From an uncultured Actinomycetota bacterium (GTDB taxonomy: Bacteria; Actinomycetota; Actinomycetes; JAHEKZ01): a stretch of DNA of 64,000 nt. The number at the start of each line of letters is the position of its first letter. The first letter of the stretch is position 1. Location: contig CAWHIJ010000003.1 in NCBI GenBank assembly GCA_963829525.1, forward strand, positions 576,001-640,000, given 5' to 3'. The position numbers and the translations under genes were made by a program. The notes beneath the pieces are model-generated. The model did not search any database. It saw only the letters and a list, made by a program, of their open reading frames with translations, and was not told the origin of the DNA. This document shows positions 50,383-60,956 of this stretch, in pieces.

Positions 50383-51256
50383 ATGGGCGAACCGGCCATC
50401 CGCACCGCGGGGCTCACCAAGCACTTCGGTGACGTTGTCGCGCTCGACGACCTGACGCTCGAGGTGCAGCAGGGCGAGATTTTCGGCTTTCTGGGGCCCA
50501 ACGGTGCCGGCAAGAGCACGACCATTCGGCTGCTGCTCCACCTGATTCGTCCAACGGCTGGCGAGGCCTGGGTCATGGGCATCCCCGTTGACGACGTGAG
50601 GCGGGCTCACGAGCACGTCACCTACGTCCCCGGTGACGTTGCCCTCTGGCCACAGCTGACCGGGATCGAGACGCTCGAGCTGCTGGGCAACATCTCAGGC
50701 AACGTCGACCCTGCCTTTCGCGACGAACTGGTCGAGCGTCTTCAGTTTGACCCGAGCAAACGCATGCGTTCGTACTCCAAGGGGAACCGCCAGAAGGTTG
50801 CGCTCGTCGCCGCGTTCATGACACGTCCGGACGTACTCCTTCTCGATGAGCCGACTGCGGGACTCGACCCGTTGATGGAGGAGGAGTTCCAGCATCTTGC
50901 CCGCGATGCCTCTGCTCGTGGGCAGACGATCTTCCTCTCTTCCCACATCCTCGATGAGGTCGAGGACCTCTGCCATCGAGTGGCCATCCTGCGTGAAGGG
51001 CACCTGATCAAGGTGGCGACCCTCGATGAGCTGCAGGAGATCGACACGACGATCTTCGAGCTTTCACATCGACGGAGCCATCCCAGAGTTCGATGACGTT
51101 GACGGGGTCATCCAGGTCGATGCGATCGACGGTGGAGTCCGTGTGACGGTGAAGGGTTCGCCAGACTCCTTGCTACGCATGCTCTCGACCCTGTCAGTCC
51201 GTCAGTTGCGGACGCACCAACCGTCTCTCGAAGAGATCTTCCTCAGCTACTACTGA
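50383..51256 (+). CDS. ABC exporter ATP-binding protein with apparent frameshift at about 51062
   Basis: GPNGAGKST, YSKGNRQKV, LDEPT, LSSH; C-terminus ending SLEEIFLSYY lies in ORF 51026-51256. Confidence 0.8.
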
Positions 51257-51269
51257 TCGGAGGCGTCGG

Positions 51270-52850
51270 GTGTCTGCCGTCCTGCGGCTGTATCTGCGGC
51301 TGACGCGCCGCGGCATTGCGCTGCTGGCGCTCGCCATCGGTGCCTACGTCGTGGTCGAGGCGGTGTCCTTCATCCAGACCTATCCGGATCAGGCATCACG
51401 AGCACGTGTGGCGGCGCTTGGGGACCAGCCAGCGGTGCGGATGCTCCAGGGCATCCCACACGCGGTCGACACGGTGGGCGGCTTTGTGGTCTGGGATGGC
51501 GGATGGTTCATGCAGGCGATTGTCGGCGTCTGGGCCATCCTGACCACCTCACGACTCCTGCGTGGTGAGGAGGAGAGCGGACGGGGCGAGCTCGTTGGTG
51601 CCGGCCCGGTGTCGGGCATCCAAGCCACTGGCCTCGGTCTGTTCACCGTGCTGATCGGATGCGCGATCGCCGGGGCAGCGGTCTTCTCGACGATTGTCTG
51701 GTTCAGCAGTGACGTCGTCGGCTCGGCACTCTTCGCACTTGGCATTTTCGGGTTCGGGGCGATGATGGCTGCCGCAACAGCGGTGGCCTCCCAGATGTTT
51801 GGTGTGCGGCGCAGGGTGGCTGCGGTCGGTGCGGGGTTCCTCGGCGTCGCATTCGTACTGCGCATGATCTCCAACAGCAGTGACGACCGACTCTGGGTGA
51901 ACTGGTTGTCCGTTTTCGGCTGGATGGACCGGCTCCGGCCGTTCGGCGACAACAACTTCGGCGTTGTCGCGGTCTACATGGCTGCCGTCGGCGGGTTGAT
52001 TGCCTTGGCGTTGTTCCTTCGGTCGCGCCGAGACCTGGGAGCGGCAGTTCTCACGCCCGGCACCGAGCCGCGTTCTCGGCTCTTCCTGCTGCAGTCCCCG
52101 ATCGGCTTCGCGTGGCGCCTGACCTGGGGCACGTTGCTGGCGTGGGCGCTGGGGCTGGCTGCGTACTCGTTCTTCATGGGAAGCCTCGTCAAAGCGATGG
52201 GCGAGGTTCTCGCAGACGATCCCGCGTACGACGTGTACCTCGAGATGCTCGGGCTCACCCGCGATGACATCACCAAAGGAATGCTGGCCTTCATGGCGGT
52301 CGTACTCGGACTGGTCGTCAGCCTGTACGCAGCCTGGCGGATCGGAGCGGTGCGCGGCGAGGAGGACTCCGAGCGCGCCGAACATCTCTTGACGCGTCCG
52401 CTGACCCGCGGGCGCTGGCTCGGCGGCCACCTGCTGTTGGCGCTTGCGTCGGTCATCGTGCTCGTGCTGGTCAGCGGAACAGCGACGTGGGTGGGGGCGG
52501 CGATCACTGATGCGGGCGTCAGCCTGGGGGACGCCATCGCGGCCAGCGCCAATCTGCTGCCGGTCATCCTGCTTTTCGGAGGCCTGGCGGTTGCCATGTT
52601 CGGGCTGGCCCCGCGGCTCACTGTTGGAGTGCCTGTCGGCGCCGTCGTGGTGACCTACGTGCTGCAGATCGTCGGCCAGGGCTTGCATTTCCCCGGGTGG
52701 GTGATCGGGCTCTCGCCCTTCTACCACCTGGCGCTCGTGCCGGTTGCCGACTACGCGCTGACCCAGGGGCTGGTGATGACCGTCATCGGTCTGGTCGCAA
52801 CGGCGGTGGGCTGGGTCGCCTTCTACCGACGTGATCTTGTCGGCGCCTGA
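51270..52850 (+). CDS. ABC-2 permease, duplicated about 12-TM type (polyketide/ionophore exporter-like)
   Basis: Two repeats of RGEE-x-x-R-x-E, RRDL at mid-point and end. Confidence 0.85.
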   Translation: MSAVLRLYLRLTRRGIALLALAIGAYVVVEAVSFIQTYPDQASRARVAALGDQPAVRMLQGIPHAVDTVGGFVVWDGGWFMQAIVGVWAILTTSRLLRGEEESGRGELVGAGPVSGIQATGLGLFTVLIGCAIAGAAVFSTIVWFSSDVVGSALFALGIFGFGAMMAAATAVASQMFGVRRRVAAVGAGFLGVAFVLRMISNSSDDRLWVNWLSVFGWMDRLRPFGDNNFGVVAVYMAAVGGLIALALFLRSRRDLGAAVLTPGTEPRSRLFLLQSPIGFAWRLTWGTLLAWALGLAAYSFFMGSLVKAMGEVLADDPAYDVYLEMLGLTRDDITKGMLAFMAVVLGLVVSLYAAWRIGAVRGEEDSERAEHLLTRPLTRGRWLGGHLLLALASVIVLVLVSGTATWVGAAITDAGVSLGDAIAASANLLPVILLFGGLAVAMFGLAPRLTVGVPVGAVVVTYVLQIVGQGLHFPGWVIGLSPFYHLALVPVADYALTQGLVMTVIGLVATAVGWVAFYRRDLVGA

Positions 52851-52882
52851 CTGCGCCAGACGGCGAGCACTCGAAGCGGAAG

Positions 52883-52901
52883 TGGTATCAATCTGATACC
52901 A
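52883..52901. promoter_or_regulatory. Palindromic operator of the RHH-Doc module
   Basis: TGGTATCA-ATC-TGATACCA, overlapping a TACCAT -10 six nt before the ATG. Confidence 0.7.
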
Positions 52902-52908
52902 TCGGTCC

Positions 52909-53115
52909 ATGGCCATGACTCTGCGAACCGACGACGAGCTCGACGCTGCGCTTTCTGCCCTCGCTGAGGCCGAGGGTCTCTCGCGTCAGGAGATCGTGCG
53001 ACGGGCTGTTCTGGACCGGCTTTCTGCCCTTGAGCACCGTCAGCTCGTGGAGGACAGCGGTCACCGAAATGCCGAGCGTTGGCGTGACGTCCTTGATCGA
53101 CTGGGTTCGGTGTGA
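52909..53115 (+). CDS. CopG/RHH antitoxin
   Basis: MAMTLRT, AEAEGLSRQEIVRRAV; overlaps toxin start. Confidence 0.85.
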   Translation: MAMTLRTDDELDAALSALAEAEGLSRQEIVRRAVLDRLSALEHRQLVEDSGHRNAERWRDVLDRLGSV

Positions 53116-53480
53116 GCCTTCGGTACCTGACAACGGACGACCTTCTGCTCCTGGTCGCTGAACTCGGCGCCGGTCCCGTGCGCGATGTCGGGCTGCTGGG
53201 GTCGGCTGCGGGTCGGCCACAGACCACGGTACTCGGATCGGACGCTTACTCCACCGTTCCTGAGAAGGCGGCAGCCTTGCTCCACTCGATCACCAGCAAT
53301 CACGCCCTGGTTGACGGCAACAAGAGGCTGGCGTGGCTCGCAGCCGCGGTGTTCTTGGACCTCAACGGGTGGGATGTCGCCCTCAGCGACGACGAGGCAT
53401 TCGAACTGGTGATGGCGGCGTCCACCGGCAAGGGCGACGTGACCGAGATCGCCGAGGGGCTTCAGGCGGCGCCGAGATGA
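53112..53480 (+). CDS. doc: Death-on-curing (Doc/Fic) family toxin
   Basis: VRDVGLLGSAAGRP, KAAALLHS, Fic motif HALVDGNKR. Confidence 0.92.
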   Translation: MSLRYLTTDDLLLLVAELGAGPVRDVGLLGSAAGRPQTTVLGSDAYSTVPEKAAALLHSITSNHALVDGNKRLAWLAAAVFLDLNGWDVALSDDEAFELVMAASTGKGDVTEIAEGLQAAPR

Positions 53481-53544
53481 AGGCTAGGGCCTGCTGGGAC
53501 GCCCGATTGGGCCAAGAGTCGAGCCCCTGAGAGAATCTGACCTT

Positions 53545-54858
53545 GTGACCTACCCCTACGAGGCTCCGGCATCGGCCGACCTCTTCGACCGCGCCCAGGC
53601 TGTCACCCCAGGAGGGGTGAACTCGCCGGTGCGGGCCTTCCGGGCCGTTGGCGGAACCCCGCGATTCATGGTCCGCGGCGATGGTCCCTACGTCTGGGAC
53701 GCCGACGACCGCCGGTACGTCGACCTCGTCTGCTCGTGGGGGCCGATGATCTTGGGCCACCGCCACCCGGCCGTGATGGGCGCGGTCGAACAGGCAGTCA
53801 GCCGGGGGTTCACGTTCGGGACGCCGGGGCCCGGCGAGGTCGAGCTCGCTGAGCTGATCGTCGGCCGGACGCCGGTTCAACGGGTGCGCCTCGTCTCCAG
53901 CGGCACCGAGGCCACGATGTCGGCGATCCGCCTTGCGCGCGGGTTCACCGGTCGGGCAAAGGTCGTGAAGTTCGCTGGCTGCTACCACGGCCACGTCGAC
54001 TCGTTGCTCGTCGCAGCCGGTTCAGGAGTAGCGACCTTCGGGCTGCCCGATACTCCGGGTGTGACGCCGGGCACGGCAGCCGACACCATCGTGATCCCCT
54101 ACAACGACACCTTTGCCCTGGAAAAGGTCTTCGCTCAGCGGGGCAACCAGATCGCTTGCGTGATCACCGAGGCAGCTGCGGCGAACATGGGCGTTGTCCC
54201 GCCCGCATCCGGATTCAACGCCAAGATCGCCGAGCTGTGCGCGCAGAACGGATCGCTCTTCATCAGCGACGAGGTCATGACTGGATTCCGGGTAAGCCGG
54301 TCCGGATGGTTCGGGCTTGAACCCGTGACGCCCGACCTGATGACGTTCGGCAAGGTAATGGGTGGCGGGCTGCCCGCCGCCGCCTTTGGCGGTCGCGAGG
54401 ACGTGATGGCGCAGCTCGCCCCGCAGGGTGCGATCTATCAGGCCGGGACGCTCGCAGGTAACCCGATCGCCACGGCCGCTGGTGCTGCAACGCTGGGGGC
54501 GCTGGACGATGAGGTCTACGCCACGGTCGACCGGCAGTCCGCTGAGGTCTCGCAGGCGGTCTCAAAGGCGCTCTCGTCGGCCGGAGTTGCGCACCGCGTC
54601 CAGAGCGCCGGTTCGCTCTTCAGCGTCTTCTTCACCGACCAGCAGGTCATCGACTACGCGGGTGCCCAGTCGCAGGAAGCCTTCCGCTACCGCGCGTTCT
54701 TCCACTCGATGCTGAGCCAGGGCATCTACCTGCCGCCGTCGGTCTTTGAAGCGTGGTTCCTCAGCGCCGCGCACGACGACGCAGCGATCTCACAGGTGAT
54801 CGACGCGCTTCCCGCTGCTGCTGCCGCCGCAGCGGTCGCGACCCCGGAGGCCGCATGA
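53545..54858 (+). CDS. hemL: Glutamate-1-semialdehyde 2,1-aminomutase
   Basis: [46 protein letters not shown]. Confidence 0.97.
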   Translation: MTYPYEAPASADLFDRAQAVTPGGVNSPVRAFRAVGGTPRFMVRGDGPYVWDADDRRYVDLVCSWGPMILGHRHPAVMGAVEQAVSRGFTFGTPGPGEVELAELIVGRTPVQRVRLVSSGTEATMSAIRLARGFTGRAKVVKFAGCYHGHVDSLLVAAGSGVATFGLPDTPGVTPGTAADTIVIPYNDTFALEKVFAQRGNQIACVITEAAAANMGVVPPASGFNAKIAELCAQNGSLFISDEVMTGFRVSRSGWFGLEPVTPDLMTFGKVMGGGLPAAAFGGREDVMAQLAPQGAIYQAGTLAGNPIATAAGAATLGALDDEVYATVDRQSAEVSQAVSKALSSAGVAHRVQSAGSLFSVFFTDQQVIDYAGAQSQEAFRYRAFFHSMLSQGIYLPPSVFEAWFLSAAHDDAAISQVIDALPAAAAAAAVATPEAA

Positions 54859-55502
54859 GCGAGCTCACCGTCGTCCACCTGCTGCGCCACGGTGAGGTGC
54901 GCAACCCCGAAGGCGTTCTTTACGGACGGTTGCCCGGCTACCAGCTCTCTGATCTCGGTCGTGCCATGGCGCAGCGGATCGCCGAGCACCTTGCTGATGC
55001 CGACATCGCCCACGTCGGGGCGTCCCCGCTCGAGCGTGCCCAGGAGACGGCGAAGCCCATCGCCGCCGCGCATGACCTGCCGATCGCTGTCGACGGCAGG
55101 CTGATCGAGGCCGACAACGTCTTCGAGGGGCTGACCTTCGGCGTCGGAGACGGGGCACTTTCGCGTCCACGACACTGGAAGCACCTTCGCAACCCGTTCC
55201 GCCCGTCGTGGGGTGAGCCGTACAGAGCGCAGGCGCTGCGCATGCTGGCTGCAATGGCTGTAGCGCGCGATTCTGCGCGTGGCCACGAGGCGTTGCTCGT
55301 CAGCCATCAGCTGCCGATCTGGACCACACGCACGCACGTTGAGGGACGCCGGCTGTGGCACGATCCGCGTAACCGCGAGTGCTCACTGGCGAGCCTCACG
55401 TCGTTCACCTACCGAGGCGACGAGATCGTGGCGGTCACCTACAGCGAACCTGCTCGCGATCTGCTCCCCGCCTCGGTGCAGAAGCAGAAGTCAGGTGCTT
55501 GA
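54855..55502 (+). CDS. Histidine phosphatase family protein
   Basis: [25 protein letters not shown]. Confidence 0.92.
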   Translation: MSELTVVHLLRHGEVRNPEGVLYGRLPGYQLSDLGRAMAQRIAEHLADADIAHVGASPLERAQETAKPIAAAHDLPIAVDGRLIEADNVFEGLTFGVGDGALSRPRHWKHLRNPFRPSWGEPYRAQALRMLAAMAVARDSARGHEALLVSHQLPIWTTRTHVEGRRLWHDPRNRECSLASLTSFTYRGDEIVAVTYSEPARDLLPASVQKQKSGA

Positions 55503-55503
55503 C

Positions 55504-56091
55504 GTGCGCCTTTCTCGAGGCGCGATGACGGTGGCGATGCTCGTTGCCCCGCTGTTCCTGGCGCTTGCGGGGTGCACTGGCAGTGAGGCCAATGTTGACT
55601 CAGGTGACGGGCAAGGCTTTGTTGCGGGCGACGGTTCGACGCAGGTGATCGACAGCGCAGATCGCACGGCAGCACCGGACCTGGCCGGAGCCACACTCGA
55701 CGGTGACCAGCTGGCGCTGACGGACTTCGCAGGTGACGTAGTGGTGCTGAACCTGTGGGCGTCGTGGTGTGGCCCATGTCGCGCTGAGGCGCCGGCGCTG
55801 CAGCAGGTGTACGCCGACTCCCGCAACAAGGGTGTCGAGTTCCTCGGGATCAACAGTCGCGACCAGGAAGCGGCGGCGGCCGCGTTCGAGAAGAACTTCG
55901 GCATCACCTATCCGAGCCTGGTCGACGACAGCGGTGAGCTGCAGCTGGCCTTTCATGACTCCGTTCCTGCGAGCTCGATCCCCTGGACGTTGGTGATCGA
56001 TCGTGACGGGCTCATAGCCGCGCGCATCCTGGGTCCCACGACGTACTCGCAGCTCTCGCACCTCGTCAACGAAGTCGCATCGGAGGGCTGA
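55504..56091 (+). CDS. TlpA/ResA thiol-disulfide oxidoreductase lipoprotein
   Basis: Lipobox [19 protein letters not shown]. Confidence 0.9.
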   Translation: MRLSRGAMTVAMLVAPLFLALAGCTGSEANVDSGDGQGFVAGDGSTQVIDSADRTAAPDLAGATLDGDQLALTDFAGDVVVLNLWASWCGPCRAEAPALQQVYADSRNKGVEFLGINSRDQEAAAAAFEKNFGITYPSLVDDSGELQLAFHDSVPASSIPWTLVIDRDGLIAARILGPTTYSQLSHLVNEVASEG

Positions 56092-56849
56092 TGCTGGCGG
56101 CGCTGCTCGTCGACCCGGCGGAGACCGTCGTCGGGGGATCGCTGCTGCTCGCTGCTGTCTTCGCGTTCGCGGCCGGCGTCGTGTCATTCGCTTCGCCCTG
56201 CGTGCTGCCCCTGGTACCGGCGTATCTCTCGTACGTCACCGGGATGATCGGTATCGACCTCGGCGAAGCTAAGCGTGGGCGTCTGGTGCTAGGGACGGCC
56301 CTCTTCGTGGGCGGGTTCACCGTCGTGTTCGTGTCGTACGGAGCGCTGTTCGGGGGTCTTGGCTCCGTGCTGTACGAGTACACCGATGTCATCACTCGGG
56401 TGCTCGGACTCTTCACCATCGTCTTCGGGCTTGCGTTCATGGGGTTGATCCCGTGGCTGAACCGATCGTGGAACCCCACGAAGAACACGTCCATGGGCCT
56501 GGTCGGTGCGCCGCTGCTCGGTGTCCTCTTCGGGCTGGGGTGGACACCCTGTGTCGGTCCAACACTTGCGGCCGTTCAAGCGCTGGCGATCGACTCCGCC
56601 AGCGCCGCCCGCGGAGCAGCGCTGGCGGCCGTCTACTGCCTCGGCCTAGGTCTGCCGTTCCTGCTGGTGGCTTTCGCGTTTCGCAAAGCGTTCGGAGCCA
56701 TGAGCTGGATGAAGCGCCACTACACGCTATTGATCCGGATCGGTGGCGGAATGCTGGTGCTGCTCGGCGTCCTCATGGTGACCGGTCAGTGGGCCGAGAT
56801 CTCGATCCAACTTCGCATTTGGACCGCTGGCTTCGGGGTGCCGTTCTGA
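56091..56849 (+). CDS. ccdA: Cytochrome c biogenesis protein CcdA
   Basis: [28 protein letters not shown]. Confidence 0.93.
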   Translation: MLAALLVDPAETVVGGSLLLAAVFAFAAGVVSFASPCVLPLVPAYLSYVTGMIGIDLGEAKRGRLVLGTALFVGGFTVVFVSYGALFGGLGSVLYEYTDVITRVLGLFTIVFGLAFMGLIPWLNRSWNPTKNTSMGLVGAPLLGVLFGLGWTPCVGPTLAAVQALAIDSASAARGAALAAVYCLGLGLPFLLVAFAFRKAFGAMSWMKRHYTLLIRIGGGMLVLLGVLMVTGQWAEISIQLRIWTAGFGVPF

Positions 56850-58450
56850 TGCCGGCCGACGTGATCAACGCGCTCACCGACGAAGACTCAAAGGGCACTG
56901 CGCCCCGGCAGCCATCACTCGGCTTCATCGGCGGCATTCGCTGGATGTGGCGGCAGCTGACGTCGATGCGCACCGCGTTGATCCTGCTCTTCCTGCTGGC
57001 GCTGGGCGCCGTCCCTGGCTCGGTCTTCCCCCAGCGCGGGGCCTCACCCTTGCGGGTCGGCGAGTACCTCCAGGAGCACTCGACCGTCGGCCCCTGGCTC
57101 GACCGGCTAGGGCTCTTTGACGTCTATGCAGCTTCGTGGTTTGCGGCTATCTACCTGCTTCTGATGGTGTCGCTTGCGGGGTGCATCCTGCCGCGTTGCC
57201 TTCAGTACGCCCGCAACCTGCGGTCGGTGCCTCCTGCCGCTCCGCGCAACCTGACGCGGATGCCTGAGCACCGAGCGTTCACCACCGACTCGACCGAAGC
57301 CGACGTGATCGCCGCGGCCGAAAGCACGCTGCGCAGCGCCCGCTTCCGGCTTCGACCAAGTGCCGCGGCCGACAGCGCCGATAGCAGTGTGGCCGCTGAG
57401 AAGGGCTACCTCCACGAGCTTGGCAATCTCATCTTCCACCTGTCGCTGCTGGTCCTTCTGGTCGGTGTCGCCTGGGGGGCGTGGTTCGGCTACCGCGGCA
57501 CGGTGGTGATCGTGGAGGGTGAAGGCTTCGCGAACACTTTGACCCAGTACGACGACTTCGTTCCAGGGCGGGGCTTTTCGACGAGTCTGTTGGCCCCCTT
57601 CTCGTTCACGATGGACGAGTTTGATGCGAAGTTTCTCGAGGACGGTCCGAACCGCGGTCAGCCTGATCAGTACACAGCCGACGTCACGTATCGCGAGAAC
57701 CCAGGAGCCGAGCAACAGCAACAGCGCATCGAGGTCAACAAGCCCCTCAACATCAACGGCAGCAAGGTCTTCCTGCTGGGCCACGGCTACGCACCGGTAT
57801 TCACCGTGCGCGATGGCAACGGCGACATTGCCTTCTCCGGAGCGGTACCGGCACTGCCGCAGGACCCGGCGTTTACCTCGACGACAGTCGTGAAGGTGCC
57901 CGACGCCCAGCCAGAGCAGCTGGGATTCAACGTCACAGTGGCGCCGACGGCGCCGAAGGAGATCGACCCGACCACTGGACCGCGGTCGACCTTCCCGGAG
58001 GCGAACGATCCGAGGGTGTACCTCGGTGCGTGGGCCGGCGACCTCGGGCTCGATTCCGGCGTCCCACAGAACGTCTACCAGCTGGACAGCTCGGCGATGG
58101 AGCAGCTTGGCCGCGAGGATCTGGCGGTCGGCGAGACCTGGGACCTGCCAGACGGTCGCGGGTCGATCACCTTCGACGGCCTGTCGGAGTTCGCGAATGT
58201 GCAGGTCGCGTATGACCCAGGACGCTGGCTGGTCCTGCTGGCCGCGGTAGCGGCGATGATCGGGATCTCACTCTCGCTGCTGGTGCGCAGGCGTCGGGTA
58301 TGGGTGCGCGCGAGCATTGATGAGCAGGGCCGTACCCTCGTCGAGGTGGCCGGACTGGCCCAAACCGAGTGGGCAGCCTTGGCCCATGAGGTGGATGCTG
58401 TAAGGGCGGCCCTACCGGGTGGGTCGACCGCCGTGGAGGAGCAGACGTGA
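56849..58450 (+). CDS. resB: Cytochrome c biogenesis protein ResB
   Basis: WRQLTSMRTAL, GCILPR, GNLIFH, VNKPL, YDPG; ATG 56849. Confidence 0.92.
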   Translation: MPADVINALTDEDSKGTAPRQPSLGFIGGIRWMWRQLTSMRTALILLFLLALGAVPGSVFPQRGASPLRVGEYLQEHSTVGPWLDRLGLFDVYAASWFAAIYLLLMVSLAGCILPRCLQYARNLRSVPPAAPRNLTRMPEHRAFTTDSTEADVIAAAESTLRSARFRLRPSAAADSADSSVAAEKGYLHELGNLIFHLSLLVLLVGVAWGAWFGYRGTVVIVEGEGFANTLTQYDDFVPGRGFSTSLLAPFSFTMDEFDAKFLEDGPNRGQPDQYTADVTYRENPGAEQQQQRIEVNKPLNINGSKVFLLGHGYAPVFTVRDGNGDIAFSGAVPALPQDPAFTSTTVVKVPDAQPEQLGFNVTVAPTAPKEIDPTTGPRSTFPEANDPRVYLGAWAGDLGLDSGVPQNVYQLDSSAMEQLGREDLAVGETWDLPDGRGSITFDGLSEFANVQVAYDPGRWLVLLAAVAAMIGISLSLLVRRRRVWVRASIDEQGRTLVEVAGLAQTEWAALAHEVDAVRAALPGGSTAVEEQT

Positions 58451-59433
58451 GCAGCCAGACATGGGCACACCTCAGCAATGGGCTGGTCTACAGCACCATC
58501 ATCGTGCTGGCCGTCGCCCTGGTGGCGTTTGCCGCCGATCTCGCCGTGGGAACTGGGCGCAGGCGGGCCACTCGGGCGCAGCAGGCAAGGGTGGCTCGCG
58601 AGCGACAGAACGCCGGGGATTCGGGTTCTGCCGTTGCCACCGCCGCCCCTCCGGAGACCGCCGCCGACCAACGGTGGGCGCGGGTCGGCGTCTCTTTGAC
58701 AACTCTCGCTGCCGTTCTGGCCGTTGCGGCCGTCATCACCCGCGGTATCTCGGCGCAGCGCCCACCGTGGGGCAACATGTACGAGTTCACCGTCACGGCC
58801 GTCGCGACGTTGCTGGTGATCTGGGTGGCGATGCTGCCCAAGCGCCCGGAGTGGCGCGACCTTGGGCTGGTCGTCGTCCTGTTCAACCTGCTGCTGCTCG
58901 GCGTCGCGGTTCTGGTGCTGTACACCGAGTCGGCCGAACTCGTTCCGGCGCTGAAGTCCTACTGGCTGTGGATCCATGTGAGCGCTGCGATCATCGCCAG
59001 CTCGGTCTTTACGGTGGGGTCGCTGGCGTCGGTGCTCTATCTGTTCTCTGAGCGGTACGAGCGCCGGGCCGCTGTCGGGACGACGGGTGGCCTGCGCGAT
59101 GCGATCGGTTCGCGGGTTCCGGCTTCTGAGCAGTTGGACAAGGTCGCGTACCAGACGATCGCGTTCGCCTTCCCGTTGTGGTTCTTTGCCGTCGTTGCTG
59201 GCGCCGTCTGGGCCGAGGACGCGTGGGGCCGTTACTGGGGCTGGGACCCGAAGGAGACCTGGGCCTTCGTCACGTTGGTGATCTACGCGGCCTACCTGCA
59301 CGCGCGGGCAACGGCCGGCTGGCGCGGGCGTCGGGCGGCGATCATCGCGATCATCGGGCTCGGAGCGTTTCTGTTCAGCTACTTCGGCGTCAACATCTTC
59401 TTCGTGGGGCTGCACTCCTACGGTGGCGTCTGA
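58447..59433 (+). CDS. ccsA: Cytochrome c assembly protein CcsA/ResC
   Basis: PWGNMYEF, WLWIHV, WWD domain GAVWAEDAWGRYWGWDPKETW, GLHSY. Confidence 0.95.
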   Translation: MSSQTWAHLSNGLVYSTIIVLAVALVAFAADLAVGTGRRRATRAQQARVARERQNAGDSGSAVATAAPPETAADQRWARVGVSLTTLAAVLAVAAVITRGISAQRPPWGNMYEFTVTAVATLLVIWVAMLPKRPEWRDLGLVVVLFNLLLLGVAVLVLYTESAELVPALKSYWLWIHVSAAIIASSVFTVGSLASVLYLFSERYERRAAVGTTGGLRDAIGSRVPASEQLDKVAYQTIAFAFPLWFFAVVAGAVWAEDAWGRYWGWDPKETWAFVTLVIYAAYLHARATAGWRGRRAAIIAIIGLGAFLFSYFGVNIFFVGLHSYGGV

Positions 59434-59591
59434 CCCACGCCCCCTGCAGGCGCCGGGCACTGATCCGTCGCGCCCCTTGCCGGCGGTCCGGCCCGGGGGC
59501 ATGCTCGCCCTGACGCTACTTCGTGCAGCGGGACGGATCCCGGTACCTGCGTCACGTCCTACCGCCCGTTGCCGCGACCGTGGGAGGCGGC

Positions 59592-60275
59592 ATGGACGAC
59601 TCACGAGCTCTTCAGCGCGCGGGATGGGCGGGCGCCGCTTCGGTCGTGCTGCTCGGCGTCGGGGTGGCGCTGTGCTCGTTGGTCGGCGTCGACTACCCGT
59701 CGGTGTCGGACGCCACCATCCTCGAGAGGCTCAACGACGGCGCCAAGCAGGCCGCCGCCGGCATCGGGCTGCCGGTGCTCGCCGCGGGGGTCGCGCTGCT
59801 GCTCTGGTTTGCCGTCGGGTTGCGGCGAGTGCTGGACCGGATGTCCGGCGGCGACCCGCTTGCCCACGCGACTGTCCCGGCCGCGGCGCTGCTCGGCGGG
59901 CTGATGATCACAGGAGTCTCGCTCGACGTGTCGAGCGCGGTCACGGCACTGTCGGATGAGTTCACCCCCAACCCGGACACCGCCCGAGTGCTCGGCACCG
60001 CGGGGGCCGTTGTCGGGCTCACCGGGCTGATCGGCGGCGCGGCGATGGTCGCGGTGACGACGCGGATCGCCCAGCAGGCGCACGCCCTGCCGACGTGGGC
60101 CGTCTGGGTGTCCTACACGGTCGCTGTGCTGTGCCTCTCCGGCTTCTGGAGCGGAGGCATGGGGTCCGTCGCCTTTGCGGCGTGGCTCATCGGCGCGGTC
60201 ATCGGGGTGCTGCGCGCTGCGCGGCGAACTAGTCGAGCGGCAGCGTCGTCCTCGCCGCGATCGTCGTCTGGCTGA
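59592..60275 (+). CDS. Hypothetical multi-pass membrane protein
   Basis: About 6 hydrophobic segments, GGAGG RBS before ATG 59592. Confidence 0.65.
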   Translation: MDDSRALQRAGWAGAASVVLLGVGVALCSLVGVDYPSVSDATILERLNDGAKQAAAGIGLPVLAAGVALLLWFAVGLRRVLDRMSGGDPLAHATVPAAALLGGLMITGVSLDVSSAVTALSDEFTPNPDTARVLGTAGAVVGLTGLIGGAAMVAVTTRIAQQAHALPTWAVWVSYTVAVLCLSGFWSGGMGSVAFAAWLIGAVIGVLRAARRTSRAAASSSPRSSSG

Positions 60276-60311
60276 GCTGACCAACGAAGATCCGCTCCGG
60301 TTCGTGCGGGC

Positions 60312-60536
60312 TCAGGTGGCCGGCGGGTCTTCCTGCTGCTCGCGTTGACGTTCCTGCTGCTGCTGCTCCCACAGCTGCGTGTCGAGGTCGCGCAGGAACG
60401 TCGGGTCGTCGTCAGGAGCCACTGGGCGGCGTGCTGATCCCCGTCCGCCACCACCGTCACCGCGACGCTGGATCATCCGGATAGTGAGGTAGATGACGAT
60501 CCCCAACAGGACAAGTGCCAACAAGAGTCGTGGCAT
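60312..60536 (-). CDS. Small membrane protein resembling the C-terminal part of PLDc_N-type proteins
   Basis: One TM helix then PVAPDDDPTFLR; GGAGG RBS; usual neighbour of ccsA/menA. Confidence 0.7.
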   Translation of the reverse strand: MPRLLLALVLLGIVIYLTIRMIQRRGDGGGGRGSARRPVAPDDDPTFLRDLDTQLWEQQQQERQREQQEDPPAT

Positions 60537-60672
60537 GGTGCCAACCTCCTGTCGGTCGAGGGGGTAACCAACAGACGTCCCCTGTTCAGCCAGGGTAACC
60601 GCAGGCGGGAAGGTGCGCAGTCAGAGGTGCGGGAGGTGCGGACGGAGCCAGCTGCAGACACCTGCAGAATTG

Positions 60673-60720
60673 CCAGCACCTCCGGGCGCCGAGCGGAGGC
60701 TGGGCGACCGGAGGTGCTGG
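60673..60720. terminator. Strong hairpin downstream of the 44-aa ORF
   Basis: CCAGCACCTCCGG / CCGGAGGTGCTGG perfect 13-bp stem, extendable inward; no clear U tract. Confidence 0.55.
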
Positions 60721-60821
60721 TGGGGGTTCTCGAGGAGGGACCCCGCGAGGCTCTCGGCAGCTAGTTGAGGGGACGCCGCCGGAGAGAGGTCGTACTGTCA
60801 GGGGTGGTCAGGGGTGTGAAC

Positions 60822-60956
60822 TCAGGCCGAGCGACCCTTCAGGGCCGTACGCATCCGCTGAAAGGTGGTCGGGCCCTGGTGACGAACCCGCAACCGGTCC
60901 GCTTCAAGTTCAAGCACGCGGACATGGGCGCGAGCGATCTCGAGTGATGGGACCAT
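60822..60956 (-). CDS. 44-aa hypothetical small protein
   Basis: MVPSLEIARAHVRVLELEADRLRVRHQGPTTFQRMRTALKGRSA; GGAG 9 nt upstream; not in ORF track. Confidence 0.55.
   Translation of the reverse strand: MVPSLEIARAHVRVLELEADRLRVRHQGPTTFQRMRTALKGRSA

Noticed and set aside
44206-59433. rex-hem-ccs cluster as a novel system
   Set aside because: Well-known conserved actinobacterial arrangement.
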